Part shown: positions 34,516-45,196 of the stretch, in pieces
Layout: each line of letters begins with the position of its first letter
How positions within the stretch are numbered: the stretch's first letter is position 1
From: Naegleria gruberi
Taxonomy: Eukaryota
Direction: 5' to 3' (one strand)
Assembly (NCBI GenBank): GCA_000004985.1
Contig: GG738850.1
DNA length: 64,000 bases
Position numbers and translations under genes: made by a program
Notes under the pieces: model-generated
Database searches by the model: none
What the model was told of the DNA's origin: nothing
Seen by the model: the letters and a program-made list of their open reading frames with translations, nothing else

Positions 34516-35703
34516 TCAAAGTTCATCATGTGAATGCTTGTTGGAATAATCAGTTGATGGAGCATGAAAATGATTACCATTTTGGAATTGAGATAATTTA
34601 GTGGCACCTATGAGAATTGGATCGTCAATGGAGTGTAAAATATTCTTACCGAATTGATGTTCGATAATTGAAGAAATTGTTGGAAAGGAACATGTCGAAT
34701 TGAAAAGGATAATGTGATCTATTTGAGAGGGAGGATAGGATTCCATAATCTTGTGGAGATCTTGTTTGAAAATATCGAGTAATGGAGAGGAAACTTCAAT
34801 ATATTCTTCCAAGGTAATTTCCTTGAGTAATTTGCTATTCGAAAGGTCAGTTTCATGATCAAATATTTGGACTGGTTGTTTCTTAGCTAGTTTACATCTC
34901 AATTGCTTTGGATCTATTTTCAAATCAATTCCTCCAGGCCAATATCTTTCGAATAAGGAATCGAATTCATTCCATCCTATTCTTGGATCTGACTTTTCGA
35001 GTAATTTCTTTAATTTTTCATTAGAAAAATCCCAAACACCAACTTGCAACTCATAACTATTCCAATTCATTATCAAAATCTTTGAATTCTCCTCAGGAAT
35101 CAAATCATATCCTTTTATAGCTAAACTTTCCTCATCCACCAAATCAACTTGTAAATCCTTTGGCGCCAAATCCAATATTTTCCTTCTTTGTTGCTTGGAA
35201 AGTTGACTTGGAATAGAAATTATCATTCTCTCAACAGTTTCCTTCAGAAATTCTTCTGAACTTTCTTTCAACTTTTCGAATACTAAAATGGAAAATGCTT
35301 CAATCGGATCCAACAACTCAGTCGAACCATTATTAAACTTTAACTCCACAATTGGATTACCAGAATGATCTTGGATAATTTTACTTGGATAATCATCTAT
35401 AAAATCTGTTGGTAATTCATCAAATTTGTGCTCTAAAAGAAATCTGATTTGGTCAACTCTGTTTGAGTGTTGAAGATTTGCTTGTTCTCCAAACATAATT
35501 TCTCCATTTTCCATAATTGCAATAGAAGTATCCACTCTGTCATGTCCATTTGTGGTAATTCTGAAAAACATATCATGCTTGATGGTTGCAATGGAAATAA
35601 ATTCGTGAGTGAAATGAATTCCAACGCTCGCTTGATGAGAATGCAAAACAAGGGAAAGGATGAAAAATAGAAATATTAGCACCGCTGGTTGAATGGTTTT
35701 CAT
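34516..35703 (-). CDS. Secreted, divergent Hsp70 nucleotide-binding-domain-like protein (actin-like ATPase fold, likely catalytically degenerate, no substrate-binding domain).
   Basis: 395 aa. Signal peptide 'MKTIQPAVLIFLFFILSLVLHS'. 'SVGIHFTHEFISIA..RVDTSIAIMENGEIMFGEQA..IRFLLEHKFDE..LDPIEAFSILVFEKLKESSEEF' parallels Hsp70 '[65 protein letters not shown]'. The phosphate-1 loop DLGTT is replaced by HFTHE. Confidence 0.5.
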   Translation of the reverse strand: MKTIQPAVLIFLFFILSLVLHSHQASVGIHFTHEFISIATIKHDMFFRITTNGHDRVDTSIAIMENGEIMFGEQANLQHSNRVDQIRFLLEHKFDELPTDFIDDYPSKIIQDHSGNPIVELKFNNGSTELLDPIEAFSILVFEKLKESSEEFLKETVERMIISIPSQLSKQQRRKILDLAPKDLQVDLVDEESLAIKGYDLIPEENSKILIMNWNSYELQVGVWDFSNEKLKKLLEKSDPRIGWNEFDSLFERYWPGGIDLKIDPKQLRCKLAKKQPVQIFDHETDLSNSKLLKEITLEEYIEVSSPLLDIFKQDLHKIMESYPPSQIDHIILFNSTCSFPTISSIIEHQFGKNILHSIDDPILIGATKLSQFQNGNHFHAPSTDYSNKHSHDEL

Positions 35704-35919
35704 TTTTTTTTTAAATATTATTTAGAATTTGTTGGAAGACTTTTTTGGAAACTTGCCAAAAATAGTGGATTATTTAAGTTTCGGTAGTTTCGTCCAAGAT
35801 TAAGGTTAGATGGAGAAAGTGAAGATATTTAAGCCAACAATTTAAGGCGAAACGTGATCAAGTCATAACTTTTTTTATTGACATCTCGTGTCAACTTGTT
35901 CATCACGTTTCTAAAAAAA

Positions 35920-36891
35920 ATGGCAGAAAATACACTGGTTTTATGTGAAGAAGACTATTCTTTAACTAAACAACAATTTGCTGAAAATGAATTCGAAGAA
36001 ACAAATTTAAATTGTGAACAGAAACTAGACGAAAGTGATGATGATCAGTATATGGCTCATTCACCCAATACTAAACCAACAACAGAAACAAAATTGGAAG
36101 ATATCGCTGTAGGTGATGTTGAAAATTCCAACCATTTTCGTGTGAAAGCACGATCATTATCAATAACATCAATAGTTGCAGTGATAATAATCATGGGATT
36201 GGTATTTATTCGAATCGAGAATGAAAAAAACACTACTCATGTCAACAACTTGTTGGAAGAAGCCAGAAACGAAATTTCCAAATTAAAACACGATATGAAG
36301 ATGACACTGGAGGAAAAGAACAACCTTAAAGAACAATTTTACAAAGTGGCTCTCCAGGTTTTACATTTAGAACAGAAAGAACAAGAATCGTCCGTAAAGC
36401 TTTCGTCTATTCAAAAGCAAAACGAGAAAATCATTTCAACCTTGGAAGAACAACCCAAATCAGACTTGATAAATGGTTCAGATTTGAAGAGACAGCTTTC
36501 TGCGTTCCAAGAATCAATTATCAAATTCGAAAAGATAATCGAAGAAAAGAATGAGGAAATTCAAAACTTGAACTTTGAAATCTCTAAAAATTCAATTGCT
36601 ATTGAAAAATTGACTGATAGTAATATAGGTTTAAAGAAGGAAATTGTAAATCTGCCCCAACTCTCGCTGAAGAAGGAAGAATTAATTGAAGAAAATCAAG
36701 TCAAAGAAATGCATTATGAAAGCCTAAACGAACCGAATGCAGTTGATGATTTATCAAATAATGTTGAAGAAGAACATTTATTGTCACCACTACTGGTCAT
36801 ATTCTTTAGGGTTATTGAAATACTTGTTTTTACTTTTTTTGTCTTGATAGTTGGGTGCATATGTATTTTTGTTATGAGTATTAAAAAATAA
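35920..36891 (+). CDS. Coiled-coil, tail-anchored membrane protein, hypothetical.
   Basis: ATG at 35920 after an A-run. Long heptad-like K/E-rich region. C-terminal TM 'LLVIFFRVIEILVFTFFVLIVGCICIFVMSI'. Internal hydrophobic segment 'ITSIVAVIIIMGLVFI'. Confidence 0.5.
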   Translation: MAENTLVLCEEDYSLTKQQFAENEFEETNLNCEQKLDESDDDQYMAHSPNTKPTTETKLEDIAVGDVENSNHFRVKARSLSITSIVAVIIIMGLVFIRIENEKNTTHVNNLLEEARNEISKLKHDMKMTLEEKNNLKEQFYKVALQVLHLEQKEQESSVKLSSIQKQNEKIISTLEEQPKSDLINGSDLKRQLSAFQESIIKFEKIIEEKNEEIQNLNFEISKNSIAIEKLTDSNIGLKKEIVNLPQLSLKKEELIEENQVKEMHYESLNEPNAVDDLSNNVEEEHLLSPLLVIFFRVIEILVFTFFVLIVGCICIFVMSIKK

Positions 36892-36909
36892 GGCTTTATT
36901 TGAGGGAAG

Positions 36910-39900
36910 TTACAACTTTCTAATACCTAATGGATCTGGATCTGGATTTACCAAACTTCCGCACGATGAAACACCACCAAAGTATTTACATTGAGAAACA
37001 GTCATGGTTCTTACTCTGGTTTCAGCTGTTGCTGGTGCTCCAACAAATCTCATATTATCCATCAAGAATTCAATGAAATTAGTTTGATCTGGCAAGTACA
37101 AGATAATTCTGTGAATGTTTTGAATTGGTGCAAAACCAAGTTCAGAAAGTGGAATTCTCACACGAGTCACTGTATTTCCATCAATCTTTAAATATTGAGT
37201 GTGATTAGCTTGTGTAGTGATCTTGGAAAAGTCAACAACCTTTGTAACATTCAAATAACCAAATACAATTGTCAAACTTGGAACACTTCCAGTATTATTG
37301 ACAGTCTTGATAAAGAATTCAAAATATTGATAAATACTGGTATCTACATAAATCTTATTGGAACCAATCTTGTTGAATGAAATATTTCCCTTTCTGAAAC
37401 CAAAATGCATTGATGAGTTTCCACAAATAGCTGGTGCATAACTAGCATTAACAAATGTATTTCTAATATCAGCTGGAACATAGGCATACATGGACCATTC
37501 ATTGGTCAATTTTGGACCTTCACTATAAATTGAAATAACATGGGAAGAATTCTTCAAATTTAAAGCATCACACGGTTTAACATTTGAAACCAAAGGTGGT
37601 AAATTACAACTTGTTGATGTAGCATTGTTAATATAGAGTTGAGCTCTCAAATGTCCATTTGGATTTTGAGTAGTTGATAATTTCACAAACATTTTACCTT
37701 GGAGTAAATAATTCCATTCATCATATGATAAGGCATATCCAAATCTGCTTTGAGTATATGGAATAATCTTTGAGGTTGGTGTGGCAATATAATCTTCCTT
37801 TCCTGCAAGTCCAAATCCAATATCAATTGATGTGACAATAGCATTCAAATTGTGTTGAACAGTAAAATCAAGAGAAGCTGTTTTGGAATTCAAGAATGCA
37901 AAAACGTAACCACCTCCACTTGTTGAATTGGCAGCCAATGATTTCACACTTGCTTGTTGGCATGTTTCCAATCTTCCAACAAATCTATCTTCTCTCATTA
38001 ATGTCTTATATGTTGTTCCTGCATTGCTTGGATTGGAGAATTTTGATGGTGCACAAATACCTCTTGGACATGTGGCATTCAAATAAACAACACCATATGA
38101 GTAGTAATCAACAAAGCTATCAACAACTCTGTATGATGTTCTAGAAGCTTGATTTTGGATCTTCAAGTACAAATGTTCAGTAGCATCATCATAATAGTAG
38201 TAATTCTTAGGTTCACTCAACATGGTTGTAAAGTTTGCAGTTCTGGTCATGTTAATTGTTGTTGGATTCATGAAGAATCTAATGTTGAAAATTGTTCCTT
38301 TTGGATATTGAACAGCAACAACAATCCAATCATTTGCAGCGCTTGCATCAAGGAAGAAACTCAAATCTTTTGGTGTTGGAATGTCGTATGGCCAACGAAG
38401 CCCATAGAAACCTCTTGCTACCAAATTACTTTGCATATAAAAGTCACCACTGGAGCTTAATGCACCAATAACATTGGATTGGCGATTTCTCAATAAATCA
38501 ACAAGAATCATTCTTGGAACTCTCTTTCCTGAATTGATAATATCAGGTCTACTAATACCATCACTTCCAGTTGTGTTAACACTTGTTAAATTCCAATTCA
38601 AAACACGGAATTGAGCAAAAGATTCACCAAAGAATGGACATTGATAGGCATTCCATTCAGTTCTTGCTTGACATTGTGTGAATGTCATGGTTGTGTCATT
38701 ACCAGTAATCCAACCACCAATTGATGAAATACTTGTGATTGAGCCGTCTACATCCATCAAAGCAGTGGCCTTGTGATTCTCATAATAAGTTGGATGATTC
38801 CAAGGGAAAACCATATATCTGTTTGCATTAACAAACTTTAAATTGGCATATCTATTTCTGGATTGATGTTTAAAGTAATTATTCAATGAAGATAAGGAAC
38901 CTGCATATTTGAATGAATCAGTAACAAAGTTAATAAAAGTGATATTTCTCAAATATTGTGGACCACCATTATCATAAGTTTCATAACCCTTAATCAAATC
39001 CAAATTGGAACTAATATATTGACCTGGTCTTGTTCTATTTCCAAGATCAATCTTTGGTCTGTATGAAAATTCACCAACATTTTCAGATTCACCAATAAAA
39101 GTACTATCATGAATGATACTTGGTCCTGGTGGAGAATTCATGGCAATTCTATTATCAGTTAAGAATAAATTTTTGAAACGAAGTAAACCACCACGTGCCC
39201 AAACACCATATCCTCTATTCTTATAAGCAATAAATCCATTGTAAAGTGCTTCAACAACACCTGAAGGATAATAACCAGCAAGTTCTGTACTTCCATCAGC
39301 TTTTTCCATATCATCAATGTGAAGAGCATTTCCTGATGAACTGTGACCAACATTGTTTTCAAATGGTTTTGGAGGAGCAGTTCTTGGATTAATAGAGCCA
39401 GCTGCGTATCTGTTTGCACTCAATCCAGTTGGGAATGTTGGCATTGTAAACCAAAATGGGAAACGACCACCAACTGCATGATTTCCAATGAATGTATTAT
39501 TTGGATTAGTAATCCAAAAAACTGAAACATCAGAATCAGATAAAATGATTTGACGAGGATTTTCTCTTGAGATTGGAATTGGATCAACTCCCAAATTATT
39601 GTTAAATTCATTTCCTACTTCAGATCCATCTTCCAAGAAGTACATATGACCAAAAGCACGATAACAAACATTATTCTTCAATAAAATATAATTAGTATCG
39701 TGAACAACATAACATCTTTGGAAACTGTGATGAACTGTATTATCCTTAACTGTGAAATTCAATCCAAATGGTTTGTTTTGTAACAAGTGGAAATGGAAAC
39801 TATTAATGAATAATAAGTAATAGTTAAATAAATCATTAAAAACAATATTAAATACAAGTTAAATAAAAATGATTACCAACACCAAACATACCTATATCTT

Positions 39901-40847
39901 CCCATTAAACCTTGTTGACCAAATCTTGTAATTTCAACACCTTCCATATTAAATTTATCAACCAAACGAATAATAAAGTGACCACCAAAAAGTGAACTTT
40001 CAGATGAATCATCACCTCTGAAAACAATTCTTCTTGTTAATAAACCAACTTCTGCACGAATCTTTCCATCAACACTTGCAAAGTGAGTATAATTCAATGC
40101 TCTATCTAAAATAATGGTCTTGTTTCCATTCAATAATTGAATAATCTTTCTCTCTTCATTTTGATTTGGAAATCGTTCACCACGAATCCAACCCAATGAA
40201 GCATTCTTTTCAACTCTGTAATCATATAATTCACCATAATCTGTTGAAGCAATAACAATTGAATCACCAACTCTCCATTGAACAGCTTCTTTCAATTCAA
40301 GTTGTGAACTTCCTTTGGTGGAATTCTTGATAATTTCACTCCAACTTGGACCATCAACTTTACCATAAATTTGAACAATAGATCCACTCAAAAAAGCAAC
40401 ACCTTTAGAACCCAATTTACTTCCATCGAATGGATCACTACCAATGTCATTGATAGAACTATTGACACGATCACCATACAATGTCAAGATAACTTTTGAA
40501 GTGATTGGACAATTTGAACTACCCATAATAAAACTACCATTTGATTCAACTCTAATGAAATTCAAATTCAAATTGAGATCAATATTATCAAAAATTAAAG
40601 AACCACCTGATTTAACAGTGATTGAACGTAATTTGTTTGGAGGAGAAATATTTAACTTGACAGCTTTTGTAATAACAATATCATAATTGGCAACATTCCA
40701 ACCAGTTAATGTGTTAAAATTGACCAAACCAACTTGTTGATGAGGACATTGACCTTCCACAATAATACTTTCAATCAATACACACAATAAAATTGTGCTA
40801 ATTAATGAAAGAATTACTCTTGTACTACAATGTTTGTTGTAATACAT
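36910..40847 (-). CDS. Secreted G8-domain / beta-helix-like protein, copy 2: complement(join(36910..39799, 39877..40847)).
   Basis: Paralog of the 16343..20283 gene. Same signal peptide, same intron position and sequence. ATG at 40847..40845. Coordinates derived by symmetry with copy 1. Confidence 0.7.
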
Positions 40848-41255
40848 ATTGTTTGTTTTTTTCAAAGTGAGAAATAAAGTGTCTCTTCCATTCACTCAAT
40901 TTATGCACCTAACCATCTTGGTTGTGTATTATTCCTCAAATCACAACAGAACGTGTTGTTTGTGGTCCCTTCACCAAATACATGAAATTTGAAGATACTG
41001 AAAGGTGAACCATATTGTATAATTGAAGACGAATCATCAAACTAAACGATTGGATAATGGATGTGCACTTGCTTTACAACAACACATCTTTCATTTTAGG
41101 TGTACCCAAGCCCTAATAAAGTGAGCTGTCCATTCCAATTGTAAGCTGCAATAATTGTAAATAAAACTAAAGACGGAAAGTCAAGTGTTAAAATCAAGTC
41201 AACCAGCTTCATGAATATTGGAATAATAATGACGACAGCCCATTCTAAAGACCAG
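36910..41255. repeat. Inverted-repeat arm B (about 4.35 kb), the reverse-complement copy of 15941-20283.
   Basis: See arm A. The 77-nt intron is 100% identical between copies. Exons differ at about 2-3% of nucleotides, giving about 3% amino-acid substitutions (e.g. 'ALIGATQEYFMQ' versus 'ALSSSGDFYMQ'). Confidence 0.9.
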
Positions 41256-41831
41256 CATAATACGAATCATGATTACTTCCTATTGAGTCATTGTATTAAC
41301 CGTGTTCATAGCATATTCATTGGAAATCTTCTCATCTACAGTTGTTTGTCATCTTCATCACAAATGATTACAGTAATTAACCTATTCAGCATGGATATAC
41401 TGTTTTTCCTCATATATTTTCTCATCACATAATTAATTAATATTTTCACCAATTAATTTCCATCCAATCAATTTACTAATCGTCGAGTAACAAGGCAAAC
41501 TTTGATTTTCGCTGTTATCCCTTCTCATGATTAGTCACTCCGAAGAATCTTCCTCCTTCTTCTTTATTATTTAGTAAAAAATATCAACAAGCTCCTTTCC
41601 TCCTTTCTCTCCCAATAATTGACCAAGATTATCTTCTTCAAACAAGATATCATTCAATAATTATCATCAAGAGAAAGAATCATTCACCATAAAACAATTA
41701 TTTACGATAAAATATTTTGGCGCATTTTTTAATTTGGACTTCAATTATAGCAAACTCGATTCTCTTTATTTTTCATCATCCACACAATTAGTAAGCAATA
41801 TAATTTTCATAACCCAAAAGAAAAAAAACAA

Positions 41832-43274
41832 ATGACATTATCTTCAGCAGCAGAAACATCAGCAACATTAGAAATTTCTGGTAATTTGATTAAAAATTCA
41901 TCGGAATATGTGAGGGAAATGATAAATAATTTCGGAAGCACCAACAAGACAACACAACTATGTTCTATTGGTGGTGGATTATTGGGAAGTTTATTCATGT
42001 TAAGGTGGATTGTTGGAGTTTCTAAAAAGTCAAAGGAAAAGAAGAAGGAAATTGAAAGGATTTTCAAGGAAATTCAACAAGATTGTAGACAACAAGTCAA
42101 TGAATTGGTCAAGAAGGAAAATGTCTTGTCAAAGAAACAGAAAATTGGTGTCTTGATTGTTAATTTGGGAACTCCTTCACAAGCCACTCATCATTATGTT
42201 TACAGATATTTGTCTCAATTTTTAATGGATGGTCGTGTGATTGATGTGAGCTACTTGTTGAGATTTTTATTGGTGAGAGGAATTATTGTTCCATTCAGAT
42301 ATAAGAGATCGACTCGATTCTATCAAGAAATTTGGAAGAATAAGGATTATTCAAATTCAGAATGTTCTCCACTCAAATATAATACCACTAGTTTGGTTTC
42401 TAAAGTGAGTGAAAATTTGAAAGGATTGAATGATGACAATTGTGAATTCCAAGTGGAAATGGCCATGAGATATCAAGAACCTTCAATTGAAAGTGGTTTG
42501 AAAAAGCTTGAAGGTTGTGCACATATTGTAGTGGTGCCACTCTTCCCACAATATGCAAGTGCAACCACTGGATCTACTCATGAAGAATGCATGCGTGTTG
42601 TAATGAAATGGTTGACTATTCCAAGTTTACATTTTAATAGTACATTCAATTTGATGGACATGTTTATCAAATCCAATGTGAAGAGAATTCAAGAAGCTCT
42701 TCAAAGAACCAAGACTGAAAGAGAAAATCAACCATTCGATCACCTCCTTCTCACTTATCACAGTCTTCCAGTTCGTCATGTCACTCAAGAATTCCAAGAA
42801 AAGAAGAGTTTACAATATTCCTACTATCAACAATCCTTTGAGACTAGTGTTGCAATTTTGAAAGAATTATTCAACTGCACAGCAGAAGAATTAATCCAAG
42901 ATGAAACCAATGTTGGATGGTTTACTTACAAGAGAAGTCAATCTGATTCAAGTGATGACTATTCCTCCAATTTCACACCAACTCTCCAAATTTCCACATG
43001 TTTCCAAAGCAGATTAGGTAAGGAACCTTGGCTTGAACCTTACACCTCAAAAACTCTTGGACTCTTGGCAAAACAATCAAGTCGTGTCCTCATTGCTTGT
43101 CCATCATTCACTTCTGATTGCATTGAAACAGATCACGAATTGGAAATTGAGGAAAAGGAAGAATTCTACTTGAAGGGAGGTAAATACATGGCTGTTGCTC
43201 GATGTGTCAACGATGATGACCTATTTGCCAATGGATTGACTGATTTAATTGCTAAATATAAACAAGTTTTGTAA
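41832..43274 (+). CDS. hemH: Ferrochelatase (protoheme ferro-lyase) with N-terminal extension/TM (probable mitochondrial targeting).
   Basis: 480 aa. 'IGVLIVNLGTPSQATHHYVYRYLSQFLMDGRVIDV', 'LVRGIIVPFRYKRSTRFYQEIW', 'VVVPLFPQYASATTGST' are ferrochelatase signatures. Confidence 0.85.
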   Translation: MTLSSAAETSATLEISGNLIKNSSEYVREMINNFGSTNKTTQLCSIGGGLLGSLFMLRWIVGVSKKSKEKKKEIERIFKEIQQDCRQQVNELVKKENVLSKKQKIGVLIVNLGTPSQATHHYVYRYLSQFLMDGRVIDVSYLLRFLLVRGIIVPFRYKRSTRFYQEIWKNKDYSNSECSPLKYNTTSLVSKVSENLKGLNDDNCEFQVEMAMRYQEPSIESGLKKLEGCAHIVVVPLFPQYASATTGSTHEECMRVVMKWLTIPSLHFNSTFNLMDMFIKSNVKRIQEALQRTKTERENQPFDHLLLTYHSLPVRHVTQEFQEKKSLQYSYYQQSFETSVAILKELFNCTAEELIQDETNVGWFTYKRSQSDSSDDYSSNFTPTLQISTCFQSRLGKEPWLEPYTSKTLGLLAKQSSRVLIACPSFTSDCIETDHELEIEEKEEFYLKGGKYMAVARCVNDDDLFANGLTDLIAKYKQVL

Positions 43275-43595
43275 GCTTTATAACTCATTCGAACATTTTT
43301 TACAAAAAGTGAAGGTAACCAGTCCACAATAATCAGTTTCATTTCAAATTCAACTTTGAATCAAATAATTTAGCTTTCATTTTCAAATTTAAAGCAATGA
43401 AAATTTTTCAAATTCAGAAATGAAAAAAATCAACAAACAACAACTAGCTAACGCTTCTCATCATACGAGAGCGAATTACAATAATTTTAAATAATATTAT
43501 TGGTTATTATCAACTAATAGTGTATAATAGTGTACAACAGATACGTTTAAATTTGTTAATTATTATTAATTTCGAAAAAGCTGTAATTTAACAAG

Positions 43596-44978
43596 ATGGG
43601 CAAGAAATCAAACTCTTCATCATCAGGCTCCTCCAGCAATTCTACTATTGGCTCTGTTCTTGGTATTTCCTTCTCCTCGGCACGTAATTCCTCTTCAAAA
43701 CCTCCACGAGAAATTATTCCTGCTCAAGAATACTATGAAAACATTCTCAAGTATACTTCCTCCACTTCAGAGGATGAATTAATTCAAGCCTTGAATAAGT
43801 ACTTGTTCAAAGCCTCTGATTTGTACTTTTATTATTATGAATTTAGTGGATGGAGGGATTTTACCAATGTAAGAAGAGCCTTCCATAAGATGGTGCAGAT
43901 GCAAACTTTCCTTTCACTATTGAGAGGAAAATACTATGTAGAAGTTACTAATAACAACAATAATAGTAGTAGTAGTAATAGTAATAATACTTCTTCAAGT
44001 AATCAGGAAGCAATTAATAATGAAGAAGCACCATCAGTAGAGAGTAAAGTCGTCCATATCGATTTTAATGCTCTGAAGAAGTCTCTCAAGTCTACACAGA
44101 GGATTGATTGTTCTTCACTTTCTGCAATTTCTAATATGGGAAAACCATCTGTGAAATCTTCCTCTAAATCTTCATCATCATCATCAGACTCTAAGAATAA
44201 TCGTGGAACAATCTTTCAAGTGGTGGAATCGGATTGTCTTGATGCAGCTGTTGCCTTAAAGACCAAACTCAAGTTGAATCCACTCATGTTGGTGAATGGA
44301 AGTTTGTCTCATCCTGGTGGAGGTTATTTGCAAGGTTCTTTTGCACAGGAAGAAGATATGTGCAGGAGATCTTCATTAGCTCTCTCATTGGATGATCCTT
44401 TCAAGATGGATGATGGTAGATCATGGTCCTATCCTTTACCAGAATTTGGAGGTGCTTATGTAGGTGATTGTTTTGTTATTAGAAAATCAGCCAAGGATGG
44501 TTATCAATTTTTGGAGAGTATTGTAAATATTTCAATGTTATCTATGGCTGCTTATGCTAATCCACCTGTGGAAAATCGAGTAATTGGAAAGGATGAGAAT
44601 GGAAAGGATATTGTGGAATGCTTTTTAGATTCAAAGCTCACATTAAGTATGAAAAAGAAGATTTCATCCTTTATTGAGATTGCTCTTCAAAAAGGTCACG
44701 ATTCTTTGGTGATTAGTGCAATTGGAGCAGGTGCTTATTCGAATCCAACATTTCACATTGCTACTCTCTTCAAAGAAGTTCTCTCCAGTGAAAATTACAA
44801 GGACAAATTTAAGATTGTTCTCTTCTCTATCATTAACGATAAGAATGCTGCCAATAATGTGAAGAATATGTATGGCACCTCACAGAAAACTAATCTTTCA
44901 ATCTTTTCCAATGTTATTCACTCTAAAGAACCTCATCTCCTTCCAACATTGGAAGAATTCATCCAACAACAAAAGTAA
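43596..44978 (+). CDS. Macro-domain-related protein of the bacterial-type poly(ADP-ribose) glycohydrolase family (DUF2263/TIGR02452-like), with N-terminal S/N-rich region.
   Basis: 460 aa. Signature 'LVNGSLSHPGGGYLQGSFAQEEDMCRRSSL' (GGG-x6-8-QEE...C.R.S.L). C-terminal 'VISAIGAGAYSNP'. Confidence 0.55.
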   Translation: MGKKSNSSSSGSSSNSTIGSVLGISFSSARNSSSKPPREIIPAQEYYENILKYTSSTSEDELIQALNKYLFKASDLYFYYYEFSGWRDFTNVRRAFHKMVQMQTFLSLLRGKYYVEVTNNNNNSSSSNSNNTSSSNQEAINNEEAPSVESKVVHIDFNALKKSLKSTQRIDCSSLSAISNMGKPSVKSSSKSSSSSSDSKNNRGTIFQVVESDCLDAAVALKTKLKLNPLMLVNGSLSHPGGGYLQGSFAQEEDMCRRSSLALSLDDPFKMDDGRSWSYPLPEFGGAYVGDCFVIRKSAKDGYQFLESIVNISMLSMAAYANPPVENRVIGKDENGKDIVECFLDSKLTLSMKKKISSFIEIALQKGHDSLVISAIGAGAYSNPTFHIATLFKEVLSSENYKDKFKIVLFSIINDKNAANNVKNMYGTSQKTNLSIFSNVIHSKEPHLLPTLEEFIQQQK

Positions 44979-45196
44979 AGAGATTTATCATTTCTCTCTT
45001 TTTATTCAAAGTTTAGTTTGCTAATCGCGATTTCAGTTTTCTGTTCATCGAATTTAAATGAAGATTCGTCATCCACAAATGATGATGCATACAAATTTCA
45101 TAAACAGAGATATCAAACTACTCAATAACCATTCAATCTATTTTAGCTTCCCTCCAAAACTTGTTTAAAAACTGTCAAATATCATTCAAAAAAAAT

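Noticed and set aside
20284-36909. Cassette between the inverted repeats as an integrated giant-virus fragment (F-box genes, histone doublet, tRNAs, Hsp70-like, DUF4116).
   Set aside because: Base composition and start and poly(A) signals look the same as in the flanks. The trypsin-like gene in the cassette has two canonical spliceosomal introns. No capsid, polymerase or packaging genes are present. Kept only as a weak possibility.
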